From Raillietiella orientalis (taxonomy: Eukaryota): a DNA stretch of 64,000 nucleotides. The notes beneath the pieces are model-generated. The model was not told where the DNA came from and searched no databases. It worked only from the letters and a program-made list of their open reading frames with translations. This document shows, in pieces, positions 38,510 to 51,950 of this stretch (positions within the stretch are counted from its first letter, which is position 1; every line of letters starts with the position of its first letter). The stretch is taken from the NCBI GenBank assembly GCA_036172245.1, contig JAYWIR010000026.1, positions 2,728,001-2,792,000 of the forward strand. Reading direction: 5' to 3'. Both the position numbers and the translations under genes were made by a program.

Positions 38510-39880
38510 CTCTTGCAGATTGCTCCGGGGCGTTTCGAATGCAAAATTATTTGCAACAAAACTGTCGACTTGGAAAGAAAAGGCCGTTCGTTTGCAGAGG
38601 GAGGACAATCTCGTTACTTTGGCGATTCCCGCAGGCAGAGACTGCTTAGAAGTGCTTTGCCTGAAGTAGTGAAAACGGGGAAAATTAAAGTGGGAGTCCA
38701 AGAAATAAAAAAAAATAATAAATAGGTATCCAACCAAAAAAGGTCCAGGAGATCAGCATTGCCTCTGATGCGTTCTCTGCATGTTTCCCAGGATGCTGAC
38801 TAGTTCCTCTTCCTGCTCAGAGAGATGCAGCCATCTCGTGACCACCCTCAGAAAGGAGGTCACCAGCGGTAAGGCGTCCTTGTTCGTATGGCCTCCATCG
38901 GCATGGAAGCTTTCCGCCGCCACGACCCGGCGAAAGCAGCTGCTAGCAATGCCGCGAGCGACATCTCTACGCTTGTAAAGAGACTGCAGCTGGATTTTCG
39001 GATCTTCTTTCGGTGTATCGAAGCAAGATTTTCAAACATTCTGCAGGTGAACGCACTTCAAAAGCAGGTGTCAAAAGATTTCCCTGGCAAGGAGCCTGGC
39101 GCACTCGGAGATGCTTTTCCCCTGGAGCAGTGCTTAAGGAGGTCGTTGATGGGATGGTCCAATGCAGTGGTCTCAACGCCGACTTAGCGGAATAAAGAAG
39201 CTGTCCGAAAACAATGCGCACAAATCCACTCCCTGGAAGATGATTCTCAGGACATCCTCTCAGTAGGAAAGACCTCTTCGGTAGGCGAAGGCAGTGAAAA
39301 CTTCAGCCAGCTGACGTGCGCACATCCAACAACCCAGCAGCTGTTTTCCCTCCTGAGATCTCGATGCACAACTTTCAACTTGCCCAGTGGTCGCCTCCAC
39401 TGTTCACTTGAAGAGAGGAAAGCCCAGCAACAAGCAAAGATCTTTGTGCTTAGGAGGTCTTTCTGCAACATTTCAGGATCTCCTGCAACGAGCAAGGAGC
39501 ACAGAAGGAAGCCTGCAGACACTGCACTTCATGTCATTTAAATCCACTTCTGGATGGTTCCTTGTTTCTAGGCACTACACTTCATAGGCGTACAGGAGAT
39601 CCACGCATTGCTCAGCGCCACCATCTGCCGAAGCTCATACTCGCGTCGGGGTAATCTTCGTTCAATGTAGATAGGGAAGGACCACAGTTCTACCTAGCCG
39701 GCTTCTTGCTTGGCGAAGACTCCAACTGACACTCACCAATGCGTATTTCAGCGATTTTCCTGCCAGTGCCTGCCTTCTGAAACGCAACCGGTGTACCATT
39801 CCTTCCAGGGTTAGGAGTCCAGATCCATCATCCCGACATCTACTGCACGAGTTTTTCGGAAGAAGCACAATCTAAGATAG
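38510..39880 (-). mobile_element. Decayed LINE family A 3' portion
   Basis: RDDGSGLLTLE; HLLLKC; FLRVVTRWLHL..ELVSILGNM; T-rich 3' UTR and degenerate terminus gaaacgccccggagcaatc. Confidence 0.7.
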
Positions 39881-40510
39881 TTCGCCGCAGAACGATCTTA
39901 CGTATTCCACTCCTCGTTCTCGTCAAATTCCTTACTTCAACCATTTCGTGCAGCTGCTTAACCAGTCGTTTCTTGCTGTTTGCTACCCACTATCCTTTTA
40001 TTCCAGCAATTCCTGTTCCATATGCAGTTTTTCTACTCTGCCGTTTTATATTCTATGTTTCTTTTTGATCACTAATCCCTGATTTCTTACCGTTTTCCCT
40101 TCCGAAATCCCAACCTAATTGCACGAAACAGCTGTTCACCAGTTCCAGCTGCTTTTGTCATCAAAGCTACAAAAGTGCAGCATTGTTTTGTTGTTACTTC
40201 GATTCTTCGAACTTTACTCGCTTCCCTCAGTCTCCTTTCTGCAATTTCCGTTCACCCTTCATTCCTTTGCCGTCTCCACCAACTCCATCCTCTTCTCTAA
40301 TAGAAACCTTTGATGCCCTACTTCCTCCTTTCCGACATTTCCTATTTTTCCACATTTTTCACAAGACACATCCCTTTGTCCGCAACCCCTTCTCTTTTCG
40401 CCAGTGAGCTCCCTTCCTTCCTTTTGCTCACCTACTTGCAATCGGCCTCTTCCACCTCCTCTCTTTCTTCAAAAACTCCTTTGCTATTTATATTTTCCCA
40501 CCCTTTCTTC
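39880..40510. repeat. Second copy of the 5690-6320 segment
   Basis: Colinear similarity to 5690-6320, truncated by LINE fragments on both sides. Confidence 0.85.
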
Positions 40511-40519
40511 CTGTTTGTA

Positions 40520-42386
40520 TCCCTCCCTCAGGGAAACTCTGGCGCACCTGCCGCACAACTGCACCGGTACGCTGGCGGTTTCAGCATACGCGGACGATCT
40601 TCTGCTGCTGCTCCCTATGTTCACCCCGGCTTCGGCGGTCGAGGAGTTCTTCGACCTGCTGAATCGGGGAACCGGACTTACGGTGAACAGGGCAAAGTCA
40701 TCCGTGATGCCAGTCGGTGCGGCATGGGCAGGGCAGCAGGACTGGGTCCGCTTGGGGATCCCCACGGTGAGGTACTTCAAGCACCTTCGTGTGCCGTTGA
40801 TGGACTATTTCCCTGCGGAAGCGTGGTCCCGCTGCCTCCAAAAAGTAGAGACGGCGATCGGCCCGTTCCGAGGCGGCAGGTTTTTCCTGTCTGAACGGGT
40901 CACGGTTGAAACAGGTTCGCGGCTCCTCTCCTCTGTTCCCTGCTTTTTGTTTGCCCCCCCACAAAGCGGATCAAAAAGCGAACGATGGACCTCCTTCGTA
41001 TCGCCCTGTGGAACAACGAGAGGGCCCGAGTCCGCTTGAAGGACTTGTGCGCTCCGCGTTGGGACGGTGGTCTCGGCCTCCTGACATTGGAGCGGCTGGA
41101 GCTTCAGCTCCAGTTCCGTTTGATGGCCGTTGTGTCGGAGTTGTGGTGCACTTGCTGGTGAGTCCCTGCACGTCTTCTCCTCCAGCAAGCCACCGTCAAG
41201 ACGGAACTCACGTCGTTTCTTGCACTCCGCCGCTACCGATGTGGACTTTAGCTACGGAGGGTGGCTGCGTTGACACGGAGAAACCAAGGATTGATCACCT
41301 GTTGCCCCGAGAACGTAGTGCCTGGTTGCAGGAAACCGTTCGCACGTGGGCACAGTGCGGCATGCAACGCTCCCAACAGGAACGAAGGTTCCTGTTTGGG
41401 GGTTACAGAAGTTGCACGCTCCGTGAGATCCTGGAGGATCCTAAGAAGAGAGCGTGGGCAGGAAGAAGCCGCCTCGCTGCTGGACTCCCCAATGGAAGAT
41501 CAGGACAGCGATGTTGCGACAAAGTGGAAGGTTACCGTGATAATCTCAAGAAAGGAGAAGAAGATAGGAGAGTGAAAGACGGGCCAGCTAACAGATGCTG
41601 CGACCCCGAGTACGCCTCCCCATTGACTTATGAGCTGGGGCGCACTGCTCGATCTTCCCATTGAACATTTGAAGTGGCCCCCGGTACTTATGAACACCTC
41701 AACCCTTCCCTTAAAATGGCAGGAGTCGGCTCTCCTGTTGCAGCACTGGGGACTCCTCTGCAACGCCCGCCGACACCACTAGACCTGAAGAGCGGTGGAC
41801 CCCATTTGTTCAGGTGTGAGGAACGGGAGTCCATCCCCCACTTGCTTGTGGATTGTGTCGCCCTTCGGCCCCTTTGGTTCCGCTTTGCCGCGGCCATCGG
41901 AATCCCCTGCGGCAACCTTAGGGACTCTCTGAAAGCCTACTTGGTTGCCGACGCCCTTCAGCATGCGGCCTCGTTAGCAGCCCTGTGCTGCCTACGCGGG
42001 ATCGTCGCCGCCTGGAGCAAGGCTACGAGAGAACCACGCGACCAGGGTGCTATCCAGCCAGCCTCCCAATTCCTGAGGAGGGCGTCGAGATGGCCCCACC
42101 TGGATCCAGGAATGCAGAAAGAGCTTGTCGGCATCCTGCGAAGGATGTAACGGCCACAGCAGCAGCCGTGATCCCTTCATTGATCCTCCCAACTTTTTTT
42201 TTTTTTGTTCGGTTTTTTGTTTATTCCCCATCCCCCTGCTGCCGTGGTGGGCCGTATCGGTCTGCAAACCGGTGACCTGGAAGGCTCTCCGTTTATGCGT
42301 GCGTGGCTGGGGCACTGGTTCAGCCACAGCACGTCTTTGTAAAACTTTATTTCTTAATAAACGTCCCGGCGAAACCCAAGTGAAAA
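40520..42386 (+). mobile_element. LINE family A 3' half (RT motif 5 to terminus)
   Basis: VSAYADDLLLL, GLTVNRAKS, YFKHL, zf-RVT ESIPHLLVDC, stop at 42150, terminus aataaa-cgtcccggcgaaacccaa-gtgaaaa; frameshifted. Confidence 0.9.
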
Positions 42387-42489
42387 TCGAACGCCTCATG
42401 GAGATTGACCGCGATCGCTTAGGCACCCTTCCCCGTCCGGGTGCCCCTTTACTCCCCTGCTGACGCCCTTAAAGTGGGGTTGCCAGTGG

Positions 42490-45400
42490 TACGCTCTTTA
42501 TCATTTTCGCACCTTTGCGCATGGAACCATGTGCTCGCGAAGAAGAGATTGGCCTCCATACTTCGCCCGGGAATACCGTAAGTCTGCTCTGGGCACATTA
42601 TGGATTCCGCCACCTATCCCAAACTCGACGCTTACAGCCCGGCAATCAGCTTGACGTCCGCATTTACGAGCGTGATCGGACTCCAGTTGCTCAGTTTCCT
42701 GAAGTCTCCTCCCTTCGGAAGCAGCCTCACCCTGGCGGACCGAAACGAGGCTGGAACATCGCCTGCGTCTCGGATCAGCCTTGTGAACTCGAGCACCACA
42801 GGGGCCAGCTCCGCCTCTAAGCATTGGAAAAACTCTGCGGGCAGAACATCCTTCCCTGGCGCCTTACATTATTTGAGCCTTTTGATCGCAGAGAGAATTT
42901 TGTCGGTCCTCAAGGGCTCCTCGAGGCTTTCCATCTCCTCTATTGCAGGGGCTCCATTCGGAAACAAGAGCCGCGAGTCATCTCGTTCTGGGGTGCCTTG
43001 GCGTAAAGGGAGGAATAATATCTCCGCATGAGATGCTGTACAGTAGCCGGGGCCAAACGTTCCCGGTACAGGACGTCCAGCAGGCTAAGCGACCCGGATT
43101 GCCAAGCTTGGCGCTCGGCCCCGGCTCGATACTCGGCCAGGTGACAAAAATTAGGGTTTCTCTCGTAACGTCGGGCCTGGAATTAGGCCCTTTCGTTACA
43201 TGCTCCCTCCCTAAATCCTTGGGGCCGGGGATGCAGGGGGAACTCCTCGCAAAATTGCGGGCCGATTCCTTGAGGCGGTCGTAATTCGCGAGGCTGTGGA
43301 TGGTGTCGAATTTGTTTTCGCGCACCTGAAAGTCGCATCCAGTTCCCCGTTAGACGCCACGCCCTGGTTGGGGCTTCCTTGTCGCGCAGGCAAATCTCGA
43401 AAATTGACCAGGAGTGATCCGACAGTGTCCAAGGAAGTTTCCCTCGTTTGCCGACCCGTGGGACAAGTCGGCGTCGAGGAAGACGTGATCAATGCTGCGG
43501 ACCATCCCCACCACGTCCGTCAACAAATTGCGCTCCCGCGTGGAGGTGCATAACCCATTGATCGCGTTTTCCTGTGCCTCGGGCTCACCTGAGAACAGAC
43601 GGAGATTAAAATCCCCTGCCATTAGGTGAGCATTCCGCTCGTTCGTTTCTGCGAGCCAATCGCGCTTTAGGGTTACCAGCAGCACAGTGCGTTCGCGGTA
43701 ACCCTGCTTGCCTCTGGGGGCGTACACGTTTGTGACGATCAGGTCGATCGAGTTGGACCACCTGAGAATCAGCTGGCCGACCTGACCGTCGTCATCAAAG
43801 CGCACGTCCTTCACGGCAGCGTCGCTGGCTGGCTTGACAAAGATCGCGACCCCACAGGAGTTGCGGGCTCCGCATTGCCGGTACAACCGCCCATCGCGAT
43901 TGTCTCGATCTCCTGGACGTCTGCCGCGGTGATCACGTGGAGCTCCTGCAACAGGGCCAGGTCGAACTCCCGCAGGGTGGCGGCTGTATCTCGTCTGTTG
44001 CCATCGTCGCGCAGTCCGTCGATGTTCCAACAGGCCAGGCGGATCGGACGGCGACAGGCGAGCTCAGGTAATACTCCTGAGAATTTGGAGGTGCGGTGTC
44101 CGCCACCTGTTGGGGCGGAACGCTAGGTGGGAGGGATGGCGCATCGTGCGCCTGGTCCCTCTCTTCCATTGGTGCCGGATCGTCAGGTTCCACTCCCGGA
44201 GGTGGTGTCGCGCCTACCTGGTCGCCTGCCTCCATGGGGGTGGACTTTTCAGGATCCGCGCATGCGGGGGACTTCGCCCCCTCCTCACCTTTATCCATGA
44301 GGTCATCTGCTTTCCGGCTTCCGAGCGTGAGAGATCCCTTTCTGGGGTTCCCACGCTGCCGTCGGCTTCCGTCTTCTCTTCCTCGCTCGTGGATGGAAGG
44401 CGCCTCCTGGGCTTTTGGGATTTGCGTCCCACCTTCCGGGGGGTGCTTTCCTGGATGAGGATGAACTTCCGGCCCCCAGATCCGACTCACCTACGGGGGC
44501 CTTCTTCACCGGAGCCGACCTTCGCACGACCTTGCGTGAGGGGTTCTCACGCTCAGCCAGCGGGAACGCGAGCTGCTCCGCCGCCTTCACTTAGGCGGCG
44601 TCCTCGCTGCTGGCGAGCGCGTCGCGCGGCTCACACTCTGAGCAAGCAGAGGATTCGTCTTCGCGAGCTTTCGTCGCCGCAGACAGCGAGTAAGGGGAAT
44701 TCTACCCAAGTGAAGGTTTCGGACACATGTAGGCGTTCGAGTGCCAGCGAGCACTCACGAGGGGTCCCAAGACGCTGCTTTTTCTTTTTATTCGAACCAG
44801 TCGCGACTTTCTCCGTAGTGTTCTTCTCTTTTTTCTCTTTTCTGGCCTTTACCAGCTACTAGCCCTCTTCAACTCTCGCGTCTTCAGAATTTTTTTTCTC
44901 CGAAAACCTGTGTGGGAGGTAGAAGCGCTGACTGCTGCAGCTGCTCATTTTCTCCTTATTTAAACGTTTACCCTGTGCTTTTTTGGCATCAGGTGGAATC
45001 GGGGTGGGGCGCTTCGGGCACGCAAGACGGACCTGACCCTTCTCCCCGCACAAATGGCACTCGATGTTGGGGCACCTCTCACGGAGGTGCCCTACTGCAT
45101 CGCAGTAGCCACAGTACCGGGGTTTCCTCACGTACCAGAGGTCGACCAACTCGTTGGCGACCTCGGGTTTGTGGGGGAACCCACTTTGCTCTTTGACCTT
45201 GACACGCGCCGCGGTCATACCTCCGAAGAGGCTTCCATAGCCCTCGAAAATTGTGGGCTTAGGCCACAACGCGTGGTAGGTTACCGAACTTTGTTAGTTC
45301 GTCTTTCACCGCAGAGCGCGTCATGCGGTTTGTAATACCGGTGAGATGGACCACGACGGTCCGGCCCATGAATACCAGGAAGATCTTGCGGCCGTTCACC

Positions 45401-45800
45401 ATCAGCGGGGTGTTGATCAGCAGTTGAGCCAAGGGGATGTCCTTGTAGACAAGCTCGACACGCTGACCCTCGCTGAGAACCAAGAGGCCATCAAGATCTT
45501 CCTCACGAATATTTTCTTCCTTTAACGCTTGGATGAAAGCGCGCGGTCTTTTCATCAAACAAGGGACCTACCTTGTATACAAGAGAAGGCTTGTATCCTG
45601 AGGCCCTGTAAGCGGCTTGCTCCGCCAAGACTTCGGTCGACGGCGCGGCCACCATGGCGTTTCACGTCCTCGCCGGCGACAGGGATGATTTCGGGGCGGT
45701 TGCCCCATCTCGGTAGGCTGCAAGGGTGGACAAGCCTCCACTACATCTACCTCCATTGCGGTATCCTCAGGCATAGCTGCTATTGGACACCGACGATGTC
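42490..45800 (-). mobile_element. LINE family A 5' half: ORF1, APE endonuclease, RT motifs 0-2
   Basis: ORF1 ATG ~45774. Knuckles CGYCDAVGHLRERC and CHLCGEKGQVRLAC. EN IRLACWNIDGL..LLQELH, GVAIF, NVYAP, AGDFN, IDHVF. RT KAPGKDVLPAEFF..LLPKGGD..NWSPITLVNADVKL..PEQ..IPGR. Confidence 0.93.
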
Positions 45801-45849
45801 CACACAAGCACAAACACTGATAAAGTTTCCTGCCTTGCACGCTGGCGGA

Positions 45850-46612
45850 GCTCAGGAAAAACACGTCCGCTCACGCGGTGTGGAGGAAGGGGAGTTTCTA
45901 CAGGAAGTTCCCTTCCGTCCACACAGGATTTGCTGCGGTTAGGATAACCGTCTTTAACCTTCGTACACTGCCTTCTACGCTACAGGTCAACGGCACGGCC
46001 GTTCACCTGTGGTTGGTAGGCAAAGCTCGCGCATGCGAGCAGTGCGGCAGGGAAGGGCATTGAGGGAAAGAATGCCCTTCCTCGAAGTGCCGCTATTGCA
46101 AAGAGTCCAGGCACGAAATCAGGCAATGCCCAGACATTGCAAAAAAAAAACAAGGCTGCTAGACTCAAGCGCGCCAAAGAGAGCGTAGAGGAGAAAACAG
46201 TAGCCCTTAAAAAGAAAGTGGACGCGCGAAAGCCTGTGGTAAAATCGGTCTGAAACGTTGTCTCCCAACCGGTTTCCTCTGCTGCAAAGTTCCGAAGGAG
46301 CGATCGCGCGGCAGGAGAACCAATTAAGGAATGGAGCGGGGCCTCGGCGAGAGTCGCCCTGCCTCTGCTGCCGAAAGCGGAAATTCTGCTCCGGGAATTG
46401 GTTCAATAAGTCCCGATAAGCCGAGCGACAGCGCGAAAGAAAGACGAGGGGATCTTGATAGCATGGGAACCGTATCCATTAGTCCGCTGTCCATTTCGGG
46501 GCTTCTATGGACTTTCCCCCAAAAAAGCCTGGATGTCCGGCGACAAAATTCGGAAAAAGCGGCGGCGCATCGCCTAAAAACACGCCGCAACCAGCCGCAT
46601 CCTCCCCAGTGC
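45850..46612 (+). mobile_element. LINE ORF1 fragment and start of ORF2
   Basis: LPSTLQVNGTAVHLWLVGKARACEQCGREGH*GKECP knuckle; AWMSG..KRRRIA..CDI resembles the EN N-terminus. Confidence 0.65.
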
Positions 46613-46616
46613 GACA

Positions 46617-49033
46617 TTTTTGTCCCTGTCCGACTTGCGGAGGGGAGAATTTATTTGCCTTAACACTTTGACAATGGTTTCTCACTTTCAGTATTTACTC
46701 CTGTTCTCACTTTTCTCAATGTTCTGGAATCCTTTGCAAGATATGACAGTACATTTAAGCTGGAATCTCTCCACTGCATCTGATTCCAATTCCTCTTTTC
46801 AGGAGTCCTTTCAATATTTCCATAGCTGGCACCTGGCTTATTCCTGTTCGCATTTTGGCCCTCCTTTTCACGATGCTTTTGATAAAGAGGGCTATGGTAG
46901 TGCGGACCATCGGGTTGTATCGTGGAACGTTGCTGTCCCCTTCGAACATGCCAACGAGAATCTCCATCTTCCGCAACGGCTGCTAGTCTATCACCTTCTT
47001 GAGACTGGTCCAGTCTTGGCGCACAGACGGGTAGGTGAGTACGTAAAGTTGGGTTTCTCTGGTTCCACAGGCATTGCACTTCTCCTGCAGATTTCCGGTG
47101 TAGTGTTTGGTCCTAGTGCCGCTCAGGATGCCACCGCGATAAAACCTAAGCAGCTCATCCTGAGTGTCAGGTGGTAATTCTCTCGTCCAGACCGAGGTTC
47201 CAACCGCCAGCGATTCCACCTGGCGGCTTCCGTATCGGTTGGCGGTCGCAGACAGAGCGTTGTCTTGATCCAGTTGCTTCATTATAGCTTCTCGTATGTA
47301 TTAACTGGTTATCAGGCGTCAGAAGCTGGATTCCTGATGGGTCCAGACCTCTCGAAATTTGTGTGTAATTCCTCCCACTATCCAAGTAGTTAGCTGAAGC
47401 AGCCGCAGTTTTTCGCGATTGCCATTTCATGCGAACTGCTCGCAGTCCTTTATGATGATCCTTGGCTTCTCGGATATCCACATCCCGGTATCCGAAGGTA
47501 CGTGCAAGAACCACGGGACAATCTTAGCCAGTTCGCCCTCCCAAATTTCCTCACTTCTAGGCACTATTTTGTGGTGATGGGTGGTCATCAGTGCCCGGTT
47601 CCATATCCAAGTGGGGTCGATGTTTCTCCACTATCCTTGTTTGCATAAGGAGGACATCAGTCCTGTCGAATTTTGACCAACTTCGGGTAGGTTTTGTGCG
47701 CCGCATAAAGCCACTCGTCCCATTTGGTGGCAAGATCCAGGAATCGTCGCACGTCCAGCAGGTGCACGGACCGTTTGAGCGAATCATCCCTGTCCAGCCT
47801 TTGTCTCGCGGTCGGCACAAGAGTTTCAGCATGACCAGCGGCTCAAACTTCCTCCATAGTATTCTGCGCTGCAGTTGTTCCACCTGCTGGCATGTGTGTT
47901 CGTTTACCCTACAAAAGGCTGCTCCGAAGAGCATCTTAAGAAGGAGAACTTCGTTCCACAGGTTTGCCCTTTGCTTCAGGAAGAATTCGAATTGCACGTA
48001 TTTTGCAGCCTCTTCTCTTGTTTTCATCAGGATTTCCTTCTACATTTCCTGCAAAGCCGAGACATTGCCGATGTGGACTTCCATGTACTTAATATTAACC
48101 AATGCTCGGAATCTTGCTTCCGCTAAGGCGGTATGGTTCAGGATTCCGATGGGATTTCTGGGCGTTAATCTTTAAACCCAGTCCTCTTTCCATGGACTTC
48201 ACGACACCGAAGAAAGCATACTGAGCCCTCTCGTCCTTCAGGAAGAAGGGCAGATCGTCCGCATACTCCAGGTAAGTCAGTCTGTCGTCAAGTTGTATTC
48301 CTTGCAGACGGCTGTCATAGTGGGACAGTGACGAAACCACTTCCATATAAACTACGAACAGCATCGGACTAAGGGAGTCTGACGGATTCGCTTTTCCATC
48401 ATGATGTCTGCCGTATCATTTCTACTGAATGTCATCTTGCAGTACTGTCCTTCAAGATTCTTCTCCATGTAGTGGAGAATTATTCTGGATAACCCAGTTT
48501 CCTCAGAATCTTCATCAACCTTCCATGGTACACGGTATGGTACGCATTCTCCATATCCGTGCAGCCCACCACCAGGTAGTCGCCTGTGTAGCGACTGTAA
48601 CCTAACGTTGCTTTGGCACACTTCACGTTGTCAGACATGCTGCGTCCGGGCACCTCGCACGTCTGCATTGCAGAAATCACGGATGGCATCGTCTTGCTTA
48701 AAGGGTTAGCCCAGATCATGCCTAACCATTTGGTATCCGTGTTCATGATAGGGATAAGTTAATATTGTGTGACCTGAATCAGGTCTCCTGCTTTGAGCAG
48801 CAGCCTCATGCGGATCTCGTGGAACGACTCGGGTAGCTTCCGTTCTTCTTGGATGTGAAGCGTGATCTCGTGGAACAACCGCAGGTAGGCGTTTAGGTAC
48901 CGTTGATAATGCGAGATCGGCATGCAATCAGGACCTGGAGCTACGTTATTTCGAAGTCTAGAGAATGCTGCACTTCTTGCATGGAGATTTCTCCTTCTAG
49001 ACTTTCCTGCTGCTGCCAAGCCAGTGACACCTC
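46617..49033 (-). mobile_element. L1-like LINE family B, RT to 3' terminus
   Basis: ESLEGEISMQEV..APGPD..HYQRY..LPESFHE..MNTDTK..PGRSMSDN..DMENAY..LQGIQL..YADDL..GLKINAQKS..CNACGTRET. Terminus aataaa + hairpin + caaaaa. Confidence 0.92.
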
Positions 49034-51190
49034 TGTGTTCTTACCGGGGATTAGCGGCTTTACGGAGCAAGAGGTTGCGTGGGATCTTTTATCCCAGTAC
49101 GGACAAGCGCAGAAGAGGTCCTTTCGTCCTTTAATGACGGGATTCTTTATCGGAGAAGTAATGGCCAGAATCAGGCAGTTTGAAGATGCGAGGATCCCGG
49201 GAGATGTCTGTACAGATGCATACTCCCAACACGTGCTGGTACGATACCATATGCAACCCACATTCTGCGCCGGATGTATGCAGTTTGGCCATCGGCTGGG
49301 TTCATGCCCGAGAGCACGCTGTTTCCAATGTGGTCAGCATAACCATTTTATCAAAACCTGCATAAAGCTCCCGCAGTGTCACCACTGCAAGGCATCGGGA
49401 CACGTCAAGAGGGAATGCTCGAGATATTGGAAGTGGCTCGAAGCTCAGGGAATTTCCCTGCGGCCGACAGTTCAGAGGAAAGAACAAGAAAAAGTAGTAG
49501 AGAGAGTCAGTACAAACGCGGCTGCGTTCTCTACGGAAGCAAGAAAGAAGAGAGAGAAAAAGAAGAGAAAAGAAGTTAACGAGGAACTTTCTCCTGTTTC
49601 AGCAGCGTCGGAGAAATCGGGCGTAACTGAAAGGGAGAAGAAACAAACAATGGTGGGTCAAGGAAAGGCAAACAACCCTAGTGGTAGTTAGCACCCTACA
49701 AAATGAGGAAAGGACAATACAGGATGAGCCGTTGCTCTTGTCCTCACCGCAGTGCAAAACCTTACCCGCGGTAGTAATCGACCGCATCGAAGTTCGAGTA
49801 GAGGAGGTATCTGAGGCGTTGACAGCCAAAACTGTAGCCTCGGAACAAGCAGAAGAGCTCTCTCTTAGGCCGACAAAGCGTGCAGGCCGCGGAGTAGTTA
49901 TGAAAGAAGAAACCCCAGCTGAAGACATCACGGATTTCGTGGAGTCTGCAAGCGAAACGGGAAGGAGACTTCTGCTTGAAGAAGCCTACGGGATCTCCAA
50001 AGCAGAAAAATACCAGAACATTAAGAACTAAAAAGTGATTCCCCATGTGTTCCTTTCTGTCTTCCTCAAGGAGTGTCAAGATTGCCTCCTGAAACGTGAA
50101 TGGAATGCGCGACCAGGGAAAAAGAAGAAGGATCGAGCGTAATATCGAGCGCGAGGACATCATCTGCCTGCAAGATACCCACGAAACAGACGATCAGATG
50201 TGCCGCTCACTCGAACAGGGACTGCATGCTACATTGTACTTGAGTCCATGAGAGAGGTAGACCAAGGGCGTTGCGATTCCCATCAAGAACAGGATCGCAC
50301 ACACCGTTCTGGAGTCCTTTTCTCCGTGGCCCGGACGCATCGTTGGAGTTCGGATGTCCTGATCCTGTGCAGTTCACCTTTTCCTGGTCAACGTTTACGG
50401 ATCCCACTTGCAAAAGCATTGATGTGCGGACGCTGTGCGGGATCTCCTACGCAGCAAGGTCGCACCAAAGGACATCGTCGTTATCGTGGGCGATCTGAAT
50501 ATACCGGGCATCAGTACGCAGTTCAGGGATACCAGAGGAAAAGGGGCGTATCGGAAGCTCCCCGACGGGTTTGGACCGCTTTGGCTAACGGCCAAGCACA
50601 AGTCAATCAACCACGTAATCTTTAATCAGGAAATCGAGAACCGCATGCAGGGATTCCGAGACCCCCAGATTCTGCTCTCCGATCACCCGTTGCTTTGGTT
50701 CACATTAAGAACGGAGAACCCATGGAAGTAAGCAGGCACAAGGGCTGCACTCATGTTCATGCCTTCCTGATTTGAAATTCTTCTTTGTCACCAGGAATTC
50801 TCGAGAGGATCCTGCGCGACACAACGATCCTCAGAGTCCAGGACTGGGACAGATTAAAGCAAATCATCCACGTGTTCTGCAACGCGCAATTCGCAAACAG
50901 GAAGATCAGGAAGCAAGCGTACCGAGAGCAAATCATCCAAGATCGCTCACTTTTCAAATACTGGGACCAGTACCAGATCCGGTACGTCTGCCGCAACGTA
51001 AAAGGAGAAGTAGACGTTCAGGAGAAGAAAAATCTTTCAGCGGATATCTTCTGCATCCAGCAAAAAGACCAGTTCCGATATACACCAGAAGAAACAGGCC
51101 TCCGCTGTTTCTTCCTTCCATCAACATTACACTCCCACTTTCGACAGCGTGAATTGTCAAGAAGCGAGCAGGACGTTTTTCTTAGATTCC
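49034..51190 (+). mobile_element. L1-like LINE 5' part: ORF1 with three CCHC knuckles, EN, linker (inverted relative to adjacent RT)
   Basis: CAGCMQFGHRLGSC, CFQCGQHNHFIKTC, CHHCKASGHVKREC; VKIAS*NVNGMR..DIICLQDTH; VGDLN; INHV; SDHP; linker ending SEQDVFLRFL. Confidence 0.9.
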
Positions 51191-51399
51191 TGCAAAACGA
51201 ATCTCTCGGACCCCATTCTGCACAGGTGACTTCCATTTATAACTATACCATGTTCCAGAAGCATTTCCAGGGGTTCTTCATTACTGGTGTAAATTGTGAA
51301 ACCGATTGCACTTGGAATGATGGCCTTAACTTCGTTGAAGGTTTGAGCTTCACCAACTGCCAGCCCTCGTTGTCATCAGCGTCGTCGGTACTTTTCTCC

Positions 51400-51950
51400 T
51401 GCGACGTATCCTGGTTAGGTTGAGGATCTGGTGTTTGGTTTCACTGTATCTTTGTTTTCTTCAATGTTTTCAGCTTTCTGGCGCGTTTCGCTTGCGCTTT
51501 TTGAGCTCCTACAGTGGCCGGTGTTTCTTATTTTGGGCACACGCCCCACATGCTGTTCTTTTCATTCCATAGGTGTCATTGTGTGCTTCAGAACCGTTTT
51601 TTCACCGTTTTTCTCTGTGGTATCGCAGTGCTCGCAGTACTGGAGCTTTCTTACGTACCACGGATCCACCCACTCATTTCTGAGCTGGATCTTGTGAGGA
51701 AGCCCTTTGTCTTCCTCGACCGCAACGCGCGGGGCTGCCAGACCGCTGTAGAGCTTACTGTAGCACTTAAAAACGTTGGACTTGACCCATAACGTGTGCA
51801 CGGTTCTTAGTTCTAGCAGTTTCCTTTGAACTGTTTTTTTCTCTATGAGACGAATGATGCCCATTAGATGTAACACCATCGATCAGTTCTCGGTGGTTGG
51901 AAAGAGTTTGCGTTCGTGTAGTACGATAGGAGTTCTATGCAAGCGCCGGG
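51400..51950 (-). mobile_element. LINE family A ORF1 remnant
   Basis: VLHLMGI..GLAAPRVAVEEDKGLPHKIQLRNEWVDPWYVRKLQYCEHCD aligns with ORF1 at 45.1-45.4 kb. Confidence 0.8.
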
